From Ramazzottius varieornatus (Eukaryota > Animalia > Tardigrada), in contig BDGG01000005.1 in the NCBI GenBank assembly GCA_001949185.1, positions 1,725,249 through 1,789,248 of the forward strand: 64,000 nt of DNA, in the 5' to 3' direction. Positions 29,148-40,907 of this stretch are shown here, piece after piece. The position numbers and the translations under genes are program-made. The first letter of the stretch is position 1, and each line of letters begins with the position of its first letter. The notes under the pieces were generated by a model, which worked only from the letters and a program-made list of their open reading frames with translations, was not told the DNA's origin and did no database searches.

Positions 29148-29591
29148 TAGAGCCCTGCAACATGCAGCACGTTCTGCACTGCACTGCCTTTTACTGCAAT
29201 GCAGTACAGCTGTAGTCGCCGAAATGGTGGGAAAAATGCAGTTGCAGTGCAGTTGCAGTAAGTTGCAGTTTTCAAAAGACGAGCACCTTTCGTCGCAGTA
29301 CACTTTTTTTGCCCCAAAACAGTAGTAAAATCAGCTTTTTCCGCATTTTCAGGCCGGATTCTACCGTTTTTCGGTTAAATCTCCGTAAAACAACGACGTT
29401 TACGATGTATTCGACATGTATCTCCGTTGGCACGCAGAAACTCTGAATTTTTGAATGCAGTGTAGTACAGTTGCAGTTTGGAAAACAGTAGAAAATTGCA
29501 GATGCAGTATCGGAACAACACTGGTTGTAGTTTCTGGAAACCGGATACAGTGCAGAGCAGCACAGGTTTCAGCTACTGCTGCAGGGCTCTA
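29148..29591. mobile_element. Non-autonomous hAT-type DNA transposon (444 bp)
   Basis: 12-bp TIR TAGAGCCCTGCA / TGCAGGGCTCTA; 8-bp TSD CCTTGTGC (29140-29147) / CCTTGTAC (29592-29599); many internal TGCAG/CTGCA subterminal repeats. Confidence 0.8.
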
Positions 29592-29756
29592 CCTTGTACT
29601 GTATGATGCTATGGACCAATCAACTGGCTTAAAAAGCAACCGTAGAAACGCTTTCCCCTTGGTTTTCAGTTGGACCCGATATCACTCGGGTGAAGTTGTC
29701 TCTCCTGTCGTGTCTCCTCGGAATCCCCAGCAGTGCGAGTATTTTGAATTTTCATT

Positions 29757-30313
29757 ATGATCCCTGGAATAATCCGTCATATTTGTCGGCGATCGGCCAC
29801 CAGCATCATCTCTGCCAGTCTGATAGCTGGAGAACGTACCACTCCACGGATATCAGCAGCGTATCTTCTACGCAACGAGACATTCCATTCATCGGCAAGA
29901 ACACGGGGACGTCTCACAACTGAAGCGGAATCTCTTCCCAAAAGCGCACCGCTGACGCAGATCCAATTAAAGATTGCCCTCGGCTTTACTTGTAAACCCT
30001 GTGGTCAGCGAGTCAATAGGCTGATCTCGAGAGTTGCCTATACGAGAGGACTTGTGCTGGTGCGTTGTCCGGGCTGTAAGAACGTTCACTTGATCGCGGA
30101 TAACATTGGATGGTTTAAAGAGTTGGCACCGGGAGTACGGTACGTTCGACAGCTTCTCAATCTATGAACACCCCTGATTTGTGGCTTCTGCATTGTAGGA
30201 ACATCGAAGAGATTCTTGCTTCGAAAGGCGAAAGTGTGCGGAAGCACCTTGATGAAAACGAAGCTTTCGAGATCGAAGACTTTCCACCGGAAGTGTCGCT
30301 AAAACTTTCATAA
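29757..30313 (+). CDS. DNLZ: DNL-type zinc finger protein (Zim17/Hep1, mitochondrial Hsp70 escort), 2 exons
   Basis: Basic presequence; GFTCKPCGQR..ISRVAYTRGLVLVRCPGCKNVHLIADNIGWF; intron 30140-30198; exon 2 NIEEILASKGESV; stop TAA 30311-30313. Confidence 0.93.
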
Positions 30314-30339
30314 CAAACCGAGAGGATAACGAGTAAGCC

Positions 30340-31568
30340 ATGGTAGTCGTTGAGACTGTGCAGGAAGCTGCTCCCGAGACGGAAAAGAAGTGGGACTTTG
30401 CTTCGGATAAGACTTTCAAGAAGCGGCTGATACGCAAAGGGAAGGGACTCTTCTGTCCGCGCGACGGAAGTGTGTGCCAGTTTCTCATTACACCTCTTCC
30501 GCCTACTTCAGCCGAAACCCTCACCTCTCGATCTCTACGGCTTGGACACACTCTCGAAGGACTAAAAGAAATCATTATCGGCGAACACGACGCGGAGCTG
30601 GATCATATGCTGGACAAGATCATCGAGCACATGAAGGCGGAAGAGGTTGCCGAATTCAAGTTCAACATTAACGCGGTTGAGCATACATCTCTGAACACGG
30701 AGGTAGGGAGCAAAGCCAAAGAATCAGTCCTGATTGCCATAAGGATTGAACTGCTGAGCTTTGTGGAAGTTCCTGAACTCTGGGAATTGAATTCCGCCCA
30801 GCTGGTTGATGGAGGAAGACATCACAAGGAAGAAGGCGTTAAATGGTTCAAGAATGGAAACCACGTCTACGCGCTGCGAAGATTCATGAAGGCCATCCGT
30901 TTTCTGATTGTCGTCGACAAAGAGATACTGGAGAACCTAGCGAAAGGTTCGTATCAATTTTGTGTTCGCAAAGTTTTCTGTCAGTCAAAAACTAAGAGGC
31001 CGGCAGACGAAGCGTTCACGAATGCTTTCTCAAGTGGCGCACGCTTGTGTTGTTACTGGCCGGAGTCGTGCGCAATTAGGTAATGATCTTGCGCGTTTCG
31101 GTCCGGCCTCCCCATTCTCAGGATTGAGCTTCTCTTTCTATATTAGACTCCGCACTGTAGGAAAGAGCTCGTCTACGATACTTATCTTGTGGTAGGCGCT
31201 GTGTAAAATAGTTCGTGGTCTATCATTTTCGTTCTTTTCCAGAGAACGAGGAAGCCGCCGAACTGCTCAAAGAATATCGCTTCCTGATGGCCAACGTCTA
31301 CGTAAATATTTCCGCCGTGCAGCTCAAGTCAAACAACTACAATGCTGTGATCGACAACTGCGGGAGAGCTCTAGCGTTAGAGCCTTCTAACGTCAAAGCT
31401 TTCTACAGGCGCGGACTCGCCCACGCAAGCCTCGGAAACAGCTCGTCAGCCAAAGCTGACTTTCTAAGCGCCTTGAAACTCTCCCCAAACGACAAAGACA
31501 TCCGCAAAGAACTGGAAAAATACGGAATAGGCAGTAAAGAGCCTCTAAAAGAGATGAAAACAGAGTAG
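30340..31568 (+). CDS. FKBP-like (degenerate PPIase) plus TPR Hsp90 co-chaperone, FKBPL-like, 2 exons
   Basis: DKTFKKRLIRKGKG..P.DGSVC, HMKAEEVAEF; TPRs HKEEGVKWFKNGN, YVNISAVQLK, NVKAFYRRGLA, DFLSALKLSPNDKDIRKEL. Confidence 0.82.
31021..31095. repeat. Palindrome family copy (FKBPL-like intron)
   Basis: ttctcaagtggcgcac-N25-gtgcgcaattagg. Confidence 0.8.
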
Positions 31569-31577
31569 AAAGCGAGC

Positions 31578-32251
31578 CTACTTCTTTGATGTTCTGAAAC
31601 CAGAAAAGCCCATCATCGCGGCCATGTCGGGATCAAGACTGCCATCGTCCTCTTCTGCAGGTGCTACTATTTCAGCTTTCTTCTTTTCTTGCTTTCTGGC
31701 TTGTCGATGTTCTTTTAGCCGTACTTCTTCTTCTTTCAGTTCACGCATCCGGTCCTCCAAGTCGTATTCTTCTTTCTTTTCTTCCATCTTTTTCTTGTTA
31801 AATTCGAATCTTGCTTTTACTTGCTCGAGAGTCGATCGTTCGGCTTTCATGGAACATCCCATGTTCTTCTGATCTGTAAAACGGAGCATCGATTAACAGA
31901 GGGTTTTTTTTCGTCGCAGGAATTTTACGCACGTTTCTTTCCGTTGATATGATCTAAGTAATTGATGGAGTCTTTGATCACACAGTCACAGACGTCGCAG
32001 TAGAATCCTCCAGCAAGGTTGAGAGGTGTCGTTTGGGTGATGATCACAGATTTCCCAACACGGGATTCAAGGTCTACCTTCTCCTCCCGAGGCTTTGCTG
32101 GCTCTTTTCGTACCTTCTTCCTGGGCTTTTCGTCCTCTTCGTCGCTGTCGTTCCGTGAGGCTCTGGCTCGTTCATCAGCTTTCTGCTCGTATTCGTCCCG
32201 ATCCCATTTCCTGCGGTGGTCTACAGGCCCTCTCAGTCCGTGGGACGCCAT
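31578..32251 (-). CDS. ZMAT2: Zinc finger matrin-type 2 (Snu23), 2 exons
   Basis: DHRRKWDRDEYE, VDLESRVGKS, GGFYCDVCDCVIKDSINYLDHINGKK, QKNMGCSM..ERSTLEQVKARF, DMAAMMGFSGF. Confidence 0.96.
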
Positions 32252-33191
32252 GGTTGACAGAGCTGGAGAAGTCGTCGCACGTCAGCAGATCGCAGCGGAA
32301 GTTTGGAGCAGAGGTGGCAGAGGAAGAATTAATTTTTGTGGAGGTAGGAGAAGCGAGAAGCTTTAATTGGAGGAGCAACTCATTGTTTCAATTGTTTCAA
32401 TTGTTGACGAAGTGATCAAGCACCTTGATTGATTCAAGATCGTGACTCGTATACAGTCCTACCTGTGAGATGTGACAATTGCTTCTCCTGCAACCGAACA
32501 GCGTTTCCGCACGAGACTGCTGGCCATGCACTGTGCGGCATCATCGGCTGATCGACGTCCGGTTATGGCTTGACTTGATCAAGTAATCAAACGCGTTTCT
32601 GATCAGCCGATCGGTCTCAAGCGAACAGCATAGCGAGCAGCCCCGTATATACACGTACCGTCCCGAACTGAAATGGGGCGTTTGAACTGCCACATCTCAC
32701 AGGTAGGACTGTACGTCAGACGAGGGAACCAGCTGAACAGAAAGAACAAAAACGGATATTTCCCATAGATTTCGCTCTCCGTAGTTTCCTCAAACAGCAA
32801 TCAATGCAAGAGTAAACGGAAAACGGAACCCTCAGATGTTTGATTTCTACTCTGAACAAAACGATGAGGTAATACAGCGCCTTGACGTCGCAGACTCCTT
32901 CACGATTCACGATTTTTTCGGGGTTTAATCTTCAGATAAAATTTTGCAGGTTGCGAAATCGTCGGTAATCCGAAATACCTTCTAGTCTTATACCAATATT
33001 CCAAGCCAGCCCAACTGCATTCTATTCTCGCTAGAAGAATCTTAGGACATCTGGGAGAACACTTTTGAACCGGTGAGTTGCAATATTAACGGAATTAGAG
33101 TCCTGGAACGTTCTGTGAAAACTGACCGTTAAGTCACCGGTGAAAATGTCGTATAATTGCTCGTAACTAGAGTCCCTTGTTTTTTACAGAA

Positions 33192-35600
33192 ATGGACGCA
33201 GCTATCCTTCAGAGTTTCGTCTACGAACACCTGCAGAAGTACGGACAAGATCTAGCTGACCTGTACAGAAGGAAGATCGCAGAACATGGTACTTCTTCTT
33301 CACAAAACCACAAGGCTGCTTCGCCAGTCAAGCAGACACCTCAGCTGACAAACGGACGTCCGGCATCTACGGCCAAACTCAACAGCAAACCCGCCGAATC
33401 ATCTAGCGAAGAAGAATCAGAAGATGAACAACCCTTGGCGAAGGCAGCACCGAAGTCTGCACAATCTTCGCCAGCAAAGACAACTTCAGCCCAGTCTTCT
33501 GCCACAAAACCAGCAGCTGCCACCAATCAAGCGAAACCGACGCCAGCCAAGAAACCTGACACTGATACGGATGATACCGACGACGATGAGGATGAGAAGA
33601 AGCCTATCCCAAAAGGTAAGACAGTAAGCAATTATGGAAGCTCGGCAGACAAACTCGACCAGATCGTTTTCTCAAGTGGCGCACGTTTGCAGCCGGTATC
33701 ATTGCAAACGCGCGCCATTTGAGAATATGATCTGGTTGAGTCTGGTTGCACTCATTGTCAGTAATCCGCCATGTTCACCTCGATAACTCTCTTTTCCTCA
33801 AAATTAGCTGCTATTGCTGCTCAGCCCTCCCGTCCGGCACCTGTAGTAGCTCAGAAAGCCGTGATACAGCCGCCGAAGAAGGCTGCCCAGAAAGAAGAGA
33901 CTTCAGAGTCTGAGACAGATACGGATGATGACAAGGCAAAGAAGCCTGCGTCCAAGCCAGTAATATCAGCAGCCGCTCCGGCGGTAAAACCGGCTGTTGC
34001 AACGCCACAAGCCTCTGCAGCTGCAACCAAGAAACCAACAGCCAAGAAGGATGAAACCAGTTCGGAGGAGGACAGTGAAGATGAAAAGCCTAAAGCTGCT
34101 CAGCCAAAGGTTCGATCTTCTTTTTCTCACAGACAACATTTCCGAACCTAATCAGAAGCAAAAACGCTTGAAAAATGGGAGGCTGTTAAAATCAATGAGT
34201 TGATCCAGATCATTCTCAAAAGTTGCGCGCCTTCTCACGGTTACTTACTGAGAGCGCGCGCCACTTGGGAAAAACGATATGCATGGATTCATTTCCCGGC
34301 GTCCAAAAATAATAAGTTGGATAAATTCAAGATGAAATTCATTCTCATGCAAAGGCGATTTCTGTCTTTCAGGCAGCCACGCCAGCGGCAAAGCCAGCTG
34401 CAGCCCCGGTGAAAGTCACCCCAGCAAAGAAGGCGCAAGAATCCAGCGACGAAAGCGACACTGACGAAGATGAACCACCCAAGTCAGCTACAAAGAAGCC
34501 TGAACCAGCCAAGAAGCCCGCCGTCACCACTCCGCTAGCCACGTCCACAAACACCAACACCACTCCCAAGAAAGTAGTCGCTCTTTCAGCCAAGAAGCCC
34601 GAAAGCAGCGAAGAGTCTTCGGACGATGAGAAGCCCAAAGGTAAGGTGGCGGCTGCTCCGGCCAAGCCAGCTGCGGCACCTGCAGCGAAGCCTTCACCGG
34701 TTTCCGCTGCAAAGGCTGCACCGAAGAAGGCTGATACGAGTGATGATGACACGTCGGATGACGAGAGCGCCAAGCCTGAACCTGTGGCCAAGAAACCTAC
34801 TGCTGCTCCGGCGGCGGCTGCGGGTAAGAGAGCCAAGGCTGGGACTAGTAGCGAAGAGGATAGCTCGGAAGATGACAAGAAGAAGCCAGCTATCTTCTCG
34901 GCACAGAAGAAGCAAAAGACGGACAGCCCTGCTGCAGGCGCGAAGCAAAATGGCATTGCTGCTTCGGGTAAGGTGAGTTCGATGTTTAGGTTCAACTCGG
35001 AGGCTTACTAGTCTTTAAAGAAGTCCTTTGAACAAAAAGTTGATCAGCTTCACTGAAAACTTTGTTGAAGGAAATCTTTTCAAGCACCTGCGTACAGTAT
35101 GTAGTGCAAACCATGAAGATTTCTGTATGCAGGTGCAGTAAGATGGCGCAGTTTTCGGCTTGTGTCTTCCAGAGCCGAATGAGTCAGGGTTGGCCGGGGT
35201 TGGTTGTTAGTGCGACTAGTGTTACGATGTTCTTTTAGGGGGCGAAGAAGAAGTAGGGAACGATGAGGCCGAACGGGAAGAAGAATTTGGTGGAGATGAA
35301 GGACAAGAAGAATCAACCGTTGATGTTCCTCAGAAAGAAAAGCGTCGTTCATCTCCTTTTCGCCGTGTCAAATCTAATCTAGATAGCGTTCAATTTGCTG
35401 TATCCGATCATCGTCTTTATGATAATTCTTATAATGCTGCTCGGGAGGGTATGGGGGATGCTGATTGGGGTGACAAGGCTGCCAGCGATTTCCGCACTGT
35501 CAAAGGCAAGAACTTCCGCCATGAAAAGACGAAAAAGAAGCGCGGATCGTATCGTGGTGGAAAGATCACCACTGGCGTCAACTCTATCAAATTCGACTAA
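33192..35600 (+). CDS. NOLC1: Nucleolar and coiled-body phosphoprotein Nopp140 (SRP40 family), multi-exon
   Basis: LisH-like N terminus, alternating acidic-serine and K/A/P repeats, SRP40_C tail SPFRRVK..WGDKAASDF..KGKNFRHEKTKKKRGSYRGGKITTGVNSIKFD. Confidence 0.93.
33648..33745. repeat. Palindrome family copy, near full length (Nopp140 intron)
   Basis: aaactcgaccagatcgttttctcaagtggcgcac-N25-gcgcgccatttgagaatatgatctggttgagtc. Confidence 0.9.
34197..34290. repeat. Palindrome family copy (Nopp140 intron)
   Basis: ccagatcattctcaaaagttgcgcgc...gcgcgccacttgggaaaaacgat. Confidence 0.75.
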
Positions 35601-35880
35601 CTCTTTACGTCTTTTCTTTTCAACTTTATTGTAGGATGATATCTTGTTCTGTTATCTGTTATCCCCTATTTTTGTTGTGAAAATCCATAGAAATTTTCAG
35701 CAGCGCTTCATTCCCGATTAAACTACAAATTTAACATGTGTATAGGAGGGAGTAGTGGTCTGTGGAATACGATTCACACGAATGTCGGAATGAACAGCTC
35801 GAAAACATGTTCATAAAAAGTAGCACGAAGAGATCTTTGCGGACGAAGGAAGTTGAACACGTCTTTTCGACTTTCTGAAA

Positions 35881-36458
35881 TCATACGGTGGTAATGTAGA
35901 CGTCCGGGTGGTTCGAAGCTATCTGGATTGCTTCGTTGTACGTGTCCAAACCTCCGAAGACAAAAAACGCGCAATGAAATAGGAATTTCGGTTGAGGGGA
36001 CAACGAAATGAGTCTTACTAAAGTTTATTCCGTTGTTCGCGCCGCACAACGTGTACATATGGCAGTCGATGGCGTTTTGTCCTGTAACGAACCCTTCCAC
36101 CTCGATGAGTCCATCGATAGGTTCTCCAAGCTGCAAAATCTCCTATCTGTTGCAGTGGTCCAACAGCGAAGAAAGTCAAGGAAGAGACCCTTTAATTATT
36201 TACCGGTTCTTTCATCCTGATGATGACGGATTTCTTATCCGGGCTTTGTAGACGGAATGACCGACCATTACCTTCAACCTATCAATGGAAAGACTCTCTG
36301 CGTATAAAGAACTCGGTAGTGTATTTGACTACGAGACTTACGTTCTCCACGATTCCCAACATGCAAACGTATTTTCCCTGCATGGTGGGAAGCATCGTTG
36401 CGTTGACTCGTCTAGTGGGAACATTTCCAGCCGCTCCAGCGTCTCCTTTCTGCATCAT
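35881..36458 (-). CDS. RPA3: Replication protein A 14 kDa subunit, 4 exons
   Basis: Spliced: PTRRVNATMLPTMQGKYVCMLGIVEN | VEGNGRSFRLQSPD | LGEPIDGLIEVEGFV | DLDMYNEAIQIA..HP. Confidence 0.85.
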
Positions 36459-36917
36459 GGTCGATGTCCTCGTTACAGTCGTCGTCGTACTAACGATCTC
36501 CCTGGACGCAGGAGAAGATGGCCAGAAGGATGAAACGAGATTCGAGAGAAGCTGGAGATCCGAATATTAAACAAAGAGAACTACAACCAAACGTTTGCTA
36601 CAACTACGAGTCTACGAAGCTGCCGTAACGATAACGATATCGAGTGCTGACTCCAGAAGCACTCCACCTTTGGGCGGAGTCGCTGCACTGTGCATTGTCA
36701 ATCAAAAACAATATTAAATCGATCATTAGGTTTAGGCAAATACGAACATAGCGAAACGCATACTGAAACCTTCTAACCAATCAGCAACATTGTTGTGGAT
36801 TATCCAAGACGTCTTGGCTCTTAGCTCTTACTGTCCGCTTCATTTTCAATTTCCGTCGATTTGAAGTTTTGTGCTGCATTCCTTTGATTTACGGGATCAT
36901 CCTTCATTCCCACCCTA

Positions 36918-38455
36918 ATGCTCACAAGAGCTCTTTTCAACAGGCTATATCTACATCAAGCTTGCGCGGGAACGAATGCTCTCATCATGCCGAAACGCGG
37001 AGTGAAGCGCAAGACGGTCGAAGTTGAACATAGCCCAGATCGTCGCTCGGTAAGTTGCCATGCCCGTTGCATTGGCTCTGTCTCCAGTCGGGGCAACAAC
37101 TGTGGACTCGAACACATCTAGTGTTATTTTCAGGAAACGCCGCCGGTAGTCCGACAAACGAAAAGAAAATCGGCGAAAGTGGTGACCACGACTACGACCA
37201 CCGTGACAGTCAGCGCGACAGCCGTAGTCGAGACTGCTCCGTTAGGCACCGAAGTAAGTCAAGTAACCCAGCCTTTAGCTTCCGCTGTCTCGCCACAAAG
37301 ACTCGCATCGAAGAAGTTCATAGGCGGACATTTCTCCATCTCCGGCGGACCTAAAACAGCCGTCAGGGAAGCTGTTGAACATGGCGCTAACGCATTCGCC
37401 TTGTTCGTGCGCAGCTCCCGAACGTGGAACTGTCCACCGCTTTCGCCCACTGCAGTCGCTGAATTTAAAGAAGCCATGAAGGAATCGGGACTGCAGTACT
37501 CAAAGATTGTAGCTCATGGTAGCTACCTGATTAATCCAGGTAGGCGAAGCTCTGAAGAGCCCCGGAAGTTACCCAGAACTAGCCAGTGGATATAGTGCTT
37601 ATTTATATCACGGCGCACGGAAGATAAGTCGGTCCCCATCACAATCAGTGTCCCAGTGACTTCAGGCGCCACGTAGGCCAAATTCGATGGGTGACTGACT
37701 CACTCTTCTTGCCTCTTGAAGTGTCACGTACTGTCTAACGCCGTTTCGGCGACAGGTTCGCCAGATCCAGCGGTCTTGGCAAAGTCACGGGCAGGTATGC
37801 TGGACGAAATGCAACGCTGTGAGCAACTGGGAATAAAGTACTACAATCTCCATCCCGGTTCTACCTGCAACAAGATCAGTGTCGATGAATGCATCGACCT
37901 CATCGCCCAAAGTGTCAGCCAGACTTTGGCAGCAACCAAAGACGTAACGTTACTCCTTGAGAACATGTGCTGTCAGGGAAATACTTTAGGTGGCGAACTT
38001 GAGGAACTTGCGCAGATCATATCGAAAGTGGACGATGGTGTAAAGGACCGAGTAGGTATCTGCTTGGACACTTGTCACGCCTTCGCTGCAGGTAACGATA
38101 TCAGCACCAAAGAAGGCTGGGATCTTCTGATGAAGAAGGTCGAAACTATCCTAGGACTGCATCAGTTAAAAGCGTTGCATCTCAACGATTCGATGTTCGC
38201 TGCGGGTGCGCATCGTGATCGCCATGAAAAAATTGGCAAAGGTAGGAAATTTCATACGATGGTTATGATGTTCAAAGAATCTTTGGGTGAATGTCTGATC
38301 TTTTATGTATAGGACTTATCGGCGTTGAAGCGTTCAAGCACTTGATCAACGACCCAAGGACAAACAATCTTCCGATGATCTTGGAGACAGAGCCTCCTCA
38401 GAAGCCGGAAATCGATCTCCTGTTTTCCCTTCACGAGTCGGCTAAGGCTTTCTAG
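36918..38455 (+). CDS. APN1: AP endonuclease, endonuclease IV (Nfo/Apn1) family, multi-exon
   Basis: IGGHFSISGG, NAFALF, HGSYLINPGS, YNLHPGS, LLENMCCQGNTLG, VGICLDTCHAFAAG, ALHLNDS, DRHEKIGKG, PMILET. Confidence 0.95.
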
Positions 38456-38609
38456 CAACTATTATGGTGCTAATGTTACTAATGTGAGTTTTTTGCGCTG
38501 TTCGAACCTTTTTAGTCATTTTCTTGTTCGATCTTACTGTGTTCGATTTTGCTGAGTTTTATTTTCTGACTGTCTAAAAAAGCTTCCATCTTATATTAGC
38601 GTGCCAAAC

Positions 38610-40773
38610 CTAAGCGTCGAACAAAACCATATAATCAGAACGTAAGTTTACCCAGCTGAACCGCGACACATCCAAGTGCTGGCGACGGGTTCTTATGAGA
38701 CTGGGGTCCAGGCAAAAAGTCCGAAGAATGTCCGTCAAGTTCGAAGGACTGTTTCCATCGTAAAGGTGCTCCTCTGTAACGCAACCCACAAGTCGAGACT
38801 CATTCGCATAACACCACCGGATATGGAACCATATGGGTCTCGGCCCAATTTTCGGCACATTATTTTTAGTACCAAATGACCCTTTTCTGACATAAAATTT
38901 GAGAATATTCAGGGGCATCGGATGGTAGCTTTGCCGTACCTCGCCGTGGCTCAAAGTCTCACTGTGAGACTCTCAGAAAACTTTTCGCCTTTCTGGGAAG
39001 ACACTCTGGAAGATTTCAGGGGTATCCACTAACTGAAACCCCTTTCCAGGGAGTTAGATGCCAGACCGACTACCCACCCATTTTCGTGCTACATGACGTC
39101 ATCCTAACGTCAAAACTTTCTGAGTGAAAAATTCGAACCCCTTCAGACTTTTCCGACGCAGCCATCTGAGCACTGGTCAGACGGCCAAATGGTTATCGGA
39201 ATCTGGTTGCTCGATGTTCATTACGCTAAATTGCATCAGCAGTTGAAGTTTTCCCTGGGGAGCCAGAATTTCAAAACCGCTTCCTGAACAATCGCAATGT
39301 TAGTCAATGTGCCAAAAATTGGGCTGCCGAAACCCATATACTAACCATGAAATGACAAAACGAAGGGCAAAGGACATACCCTCATACAACTCTGGATACA
39401 CAAGTCGGTTTGGCACAAGAGGAAAGCACCCGAAATAAGCAGCTTCCAACCTGCAAGGTGAAATCATACTTTGTTGCTGATCAACTTCGTTTAGAGAAGC
39501 AGGTACACCCAAACAATACTTCAAAAATATCCAATTCTTACATTGCTACTCCGAAAAACTCGTGGTCGGCTGTCGATACAGCCACATCCGCTCTTTTCAG
39601 CGTTTCTTGGTAGTCGTCTTTTGACGGCAGGAAACCGTAATGAAGAAGATTTCTGTGTAGGGAGAACGCTAGGTGTGAAAGAGAATCTGAAACAGACAAG
39701 ACTCTGAATCAACGACTCAAAATAAGATCCAACTGTGGAAGAAACTGACCGGGGACTTGAGAGTACGTCTGTCCAATAACGGATACCCGAAACGGTATAT
39801 CTTCTGCGTGAAGTTCCTCGAGGACCGTCACGAAGAAGTCCGGGTTCTTATCGTGTTCCCATCGATGGGGCCACACAATATGCAGAGGCCGCTGAAGGTC
39901 TTCGTCGGAAAACTCGGTCGCTTCGGGAACTCTGTAGAGCGGAAGGACTAGGGGGAAGTAGAGTACACGGCATTTCGCTCTAATCTCACCAGCAACCGAC
40001 CTCGGCGGTCTTCCGCTAGGTATTCTGGACAGAAAAGGCTTGATACTTGAGAGGAAGGAATCCAGATTGAACTGAAAAACCACCCAACCTGTTACAGAAA
40101 AATCGTTGCTGATCCGGTTCAGTTACAGAAGAACGAACGACATCGCTATTAGGTTCTTACCTGCGAGTTGAACAGATTAACGTCGGCCACGAGCCTAAAA
40201 TGCGAAAAACATCTTGCAGATGCTGATAAAGAGATTAGCTTTGCTTGCTGAGCTATCTTACGCGGATAGTATCTGGTTATAGCCGTATTGGAAGTCTCGT
40301 TCCTTCTCATCTTGCGCGGGGTATACGAGTTGGTTCTCGTGGAAGAATAAAATCTTCTTTAGTTGTCCGAGGTCGGGGCGAAGGGCTACGAGTTCCGCCA
40401 GGTTCAATACTGCACTGGCAAAAAGGTAACTACAACACAAAGCAATAGGTGTGACAGGGGACGTGAGATCGATAAACGAGACTGATATTTTGTCTCACCG
40501 GAAGTGATGAGCCTTTGGTACCATCTGGGAGAAGTAAAGAGCCGAGGTACGAGCGCGCCAGTGCCATTTCTTGTCCGTCAAGGTGTACACTTGTGCTCGG
40601 TGTTTCAAAGCTCCGCGAAGGACATCCGCTAGGTGGCCGTGCGACCCGCCGTAGAATGCTTCGATGATCAGGATGTCCTGCTCCTCCCCACAACTTTCGG
40701 CCGGAATCGGCGACATGACTTTCGCAGTATCAGCCGTGCGCCTCCCGGGGCGCTGCTTCTTCGTCCCTGACAT
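38610..40773 (-). CDS. GTDC1: Glycosyltransferase-like domain-containing 1 (tRNA-queuosine alpha-mannosyltransferase-like), multi-exon
   Basis: [80 protein letters not shown], last exon EHLY..RFSW. Confidence 0.92.
38831..39339. mobile_element. Non-autonomous TIR element (~510 bp, probably Tc1/mariner-type) in last GTDC1 intron
   Basis: atatgggtctcggcccaattttcggcacat (38831-38860) is an imperfect inverted copy of atgtgccaaaaattgggctgccgaaacccatat (39307-39339); TA at both ends. Confidence 0.6.
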
Positions 40774-40907
40774 CGTGACCGTCGGCCGTCCTGTGGTCCA
40801 ATGTAGCCGGGAATCCGGTGTCCAGTGAATAGAAAAAAACGATGTCAGATAAAAGCAAAGACGGACGTTTCCGGTTGCTGCTGCTTCGTCTTATCAACAA
40901 TCAAGAG

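Noticed and set aside
33192-35600. K/A/S-rich disordered protein as a Dsup-like or tardigrade-specific stress protein
   Set aside because: The SRP40 C-terminal domain and LisH-like start identify it as ordinary Nopp140.
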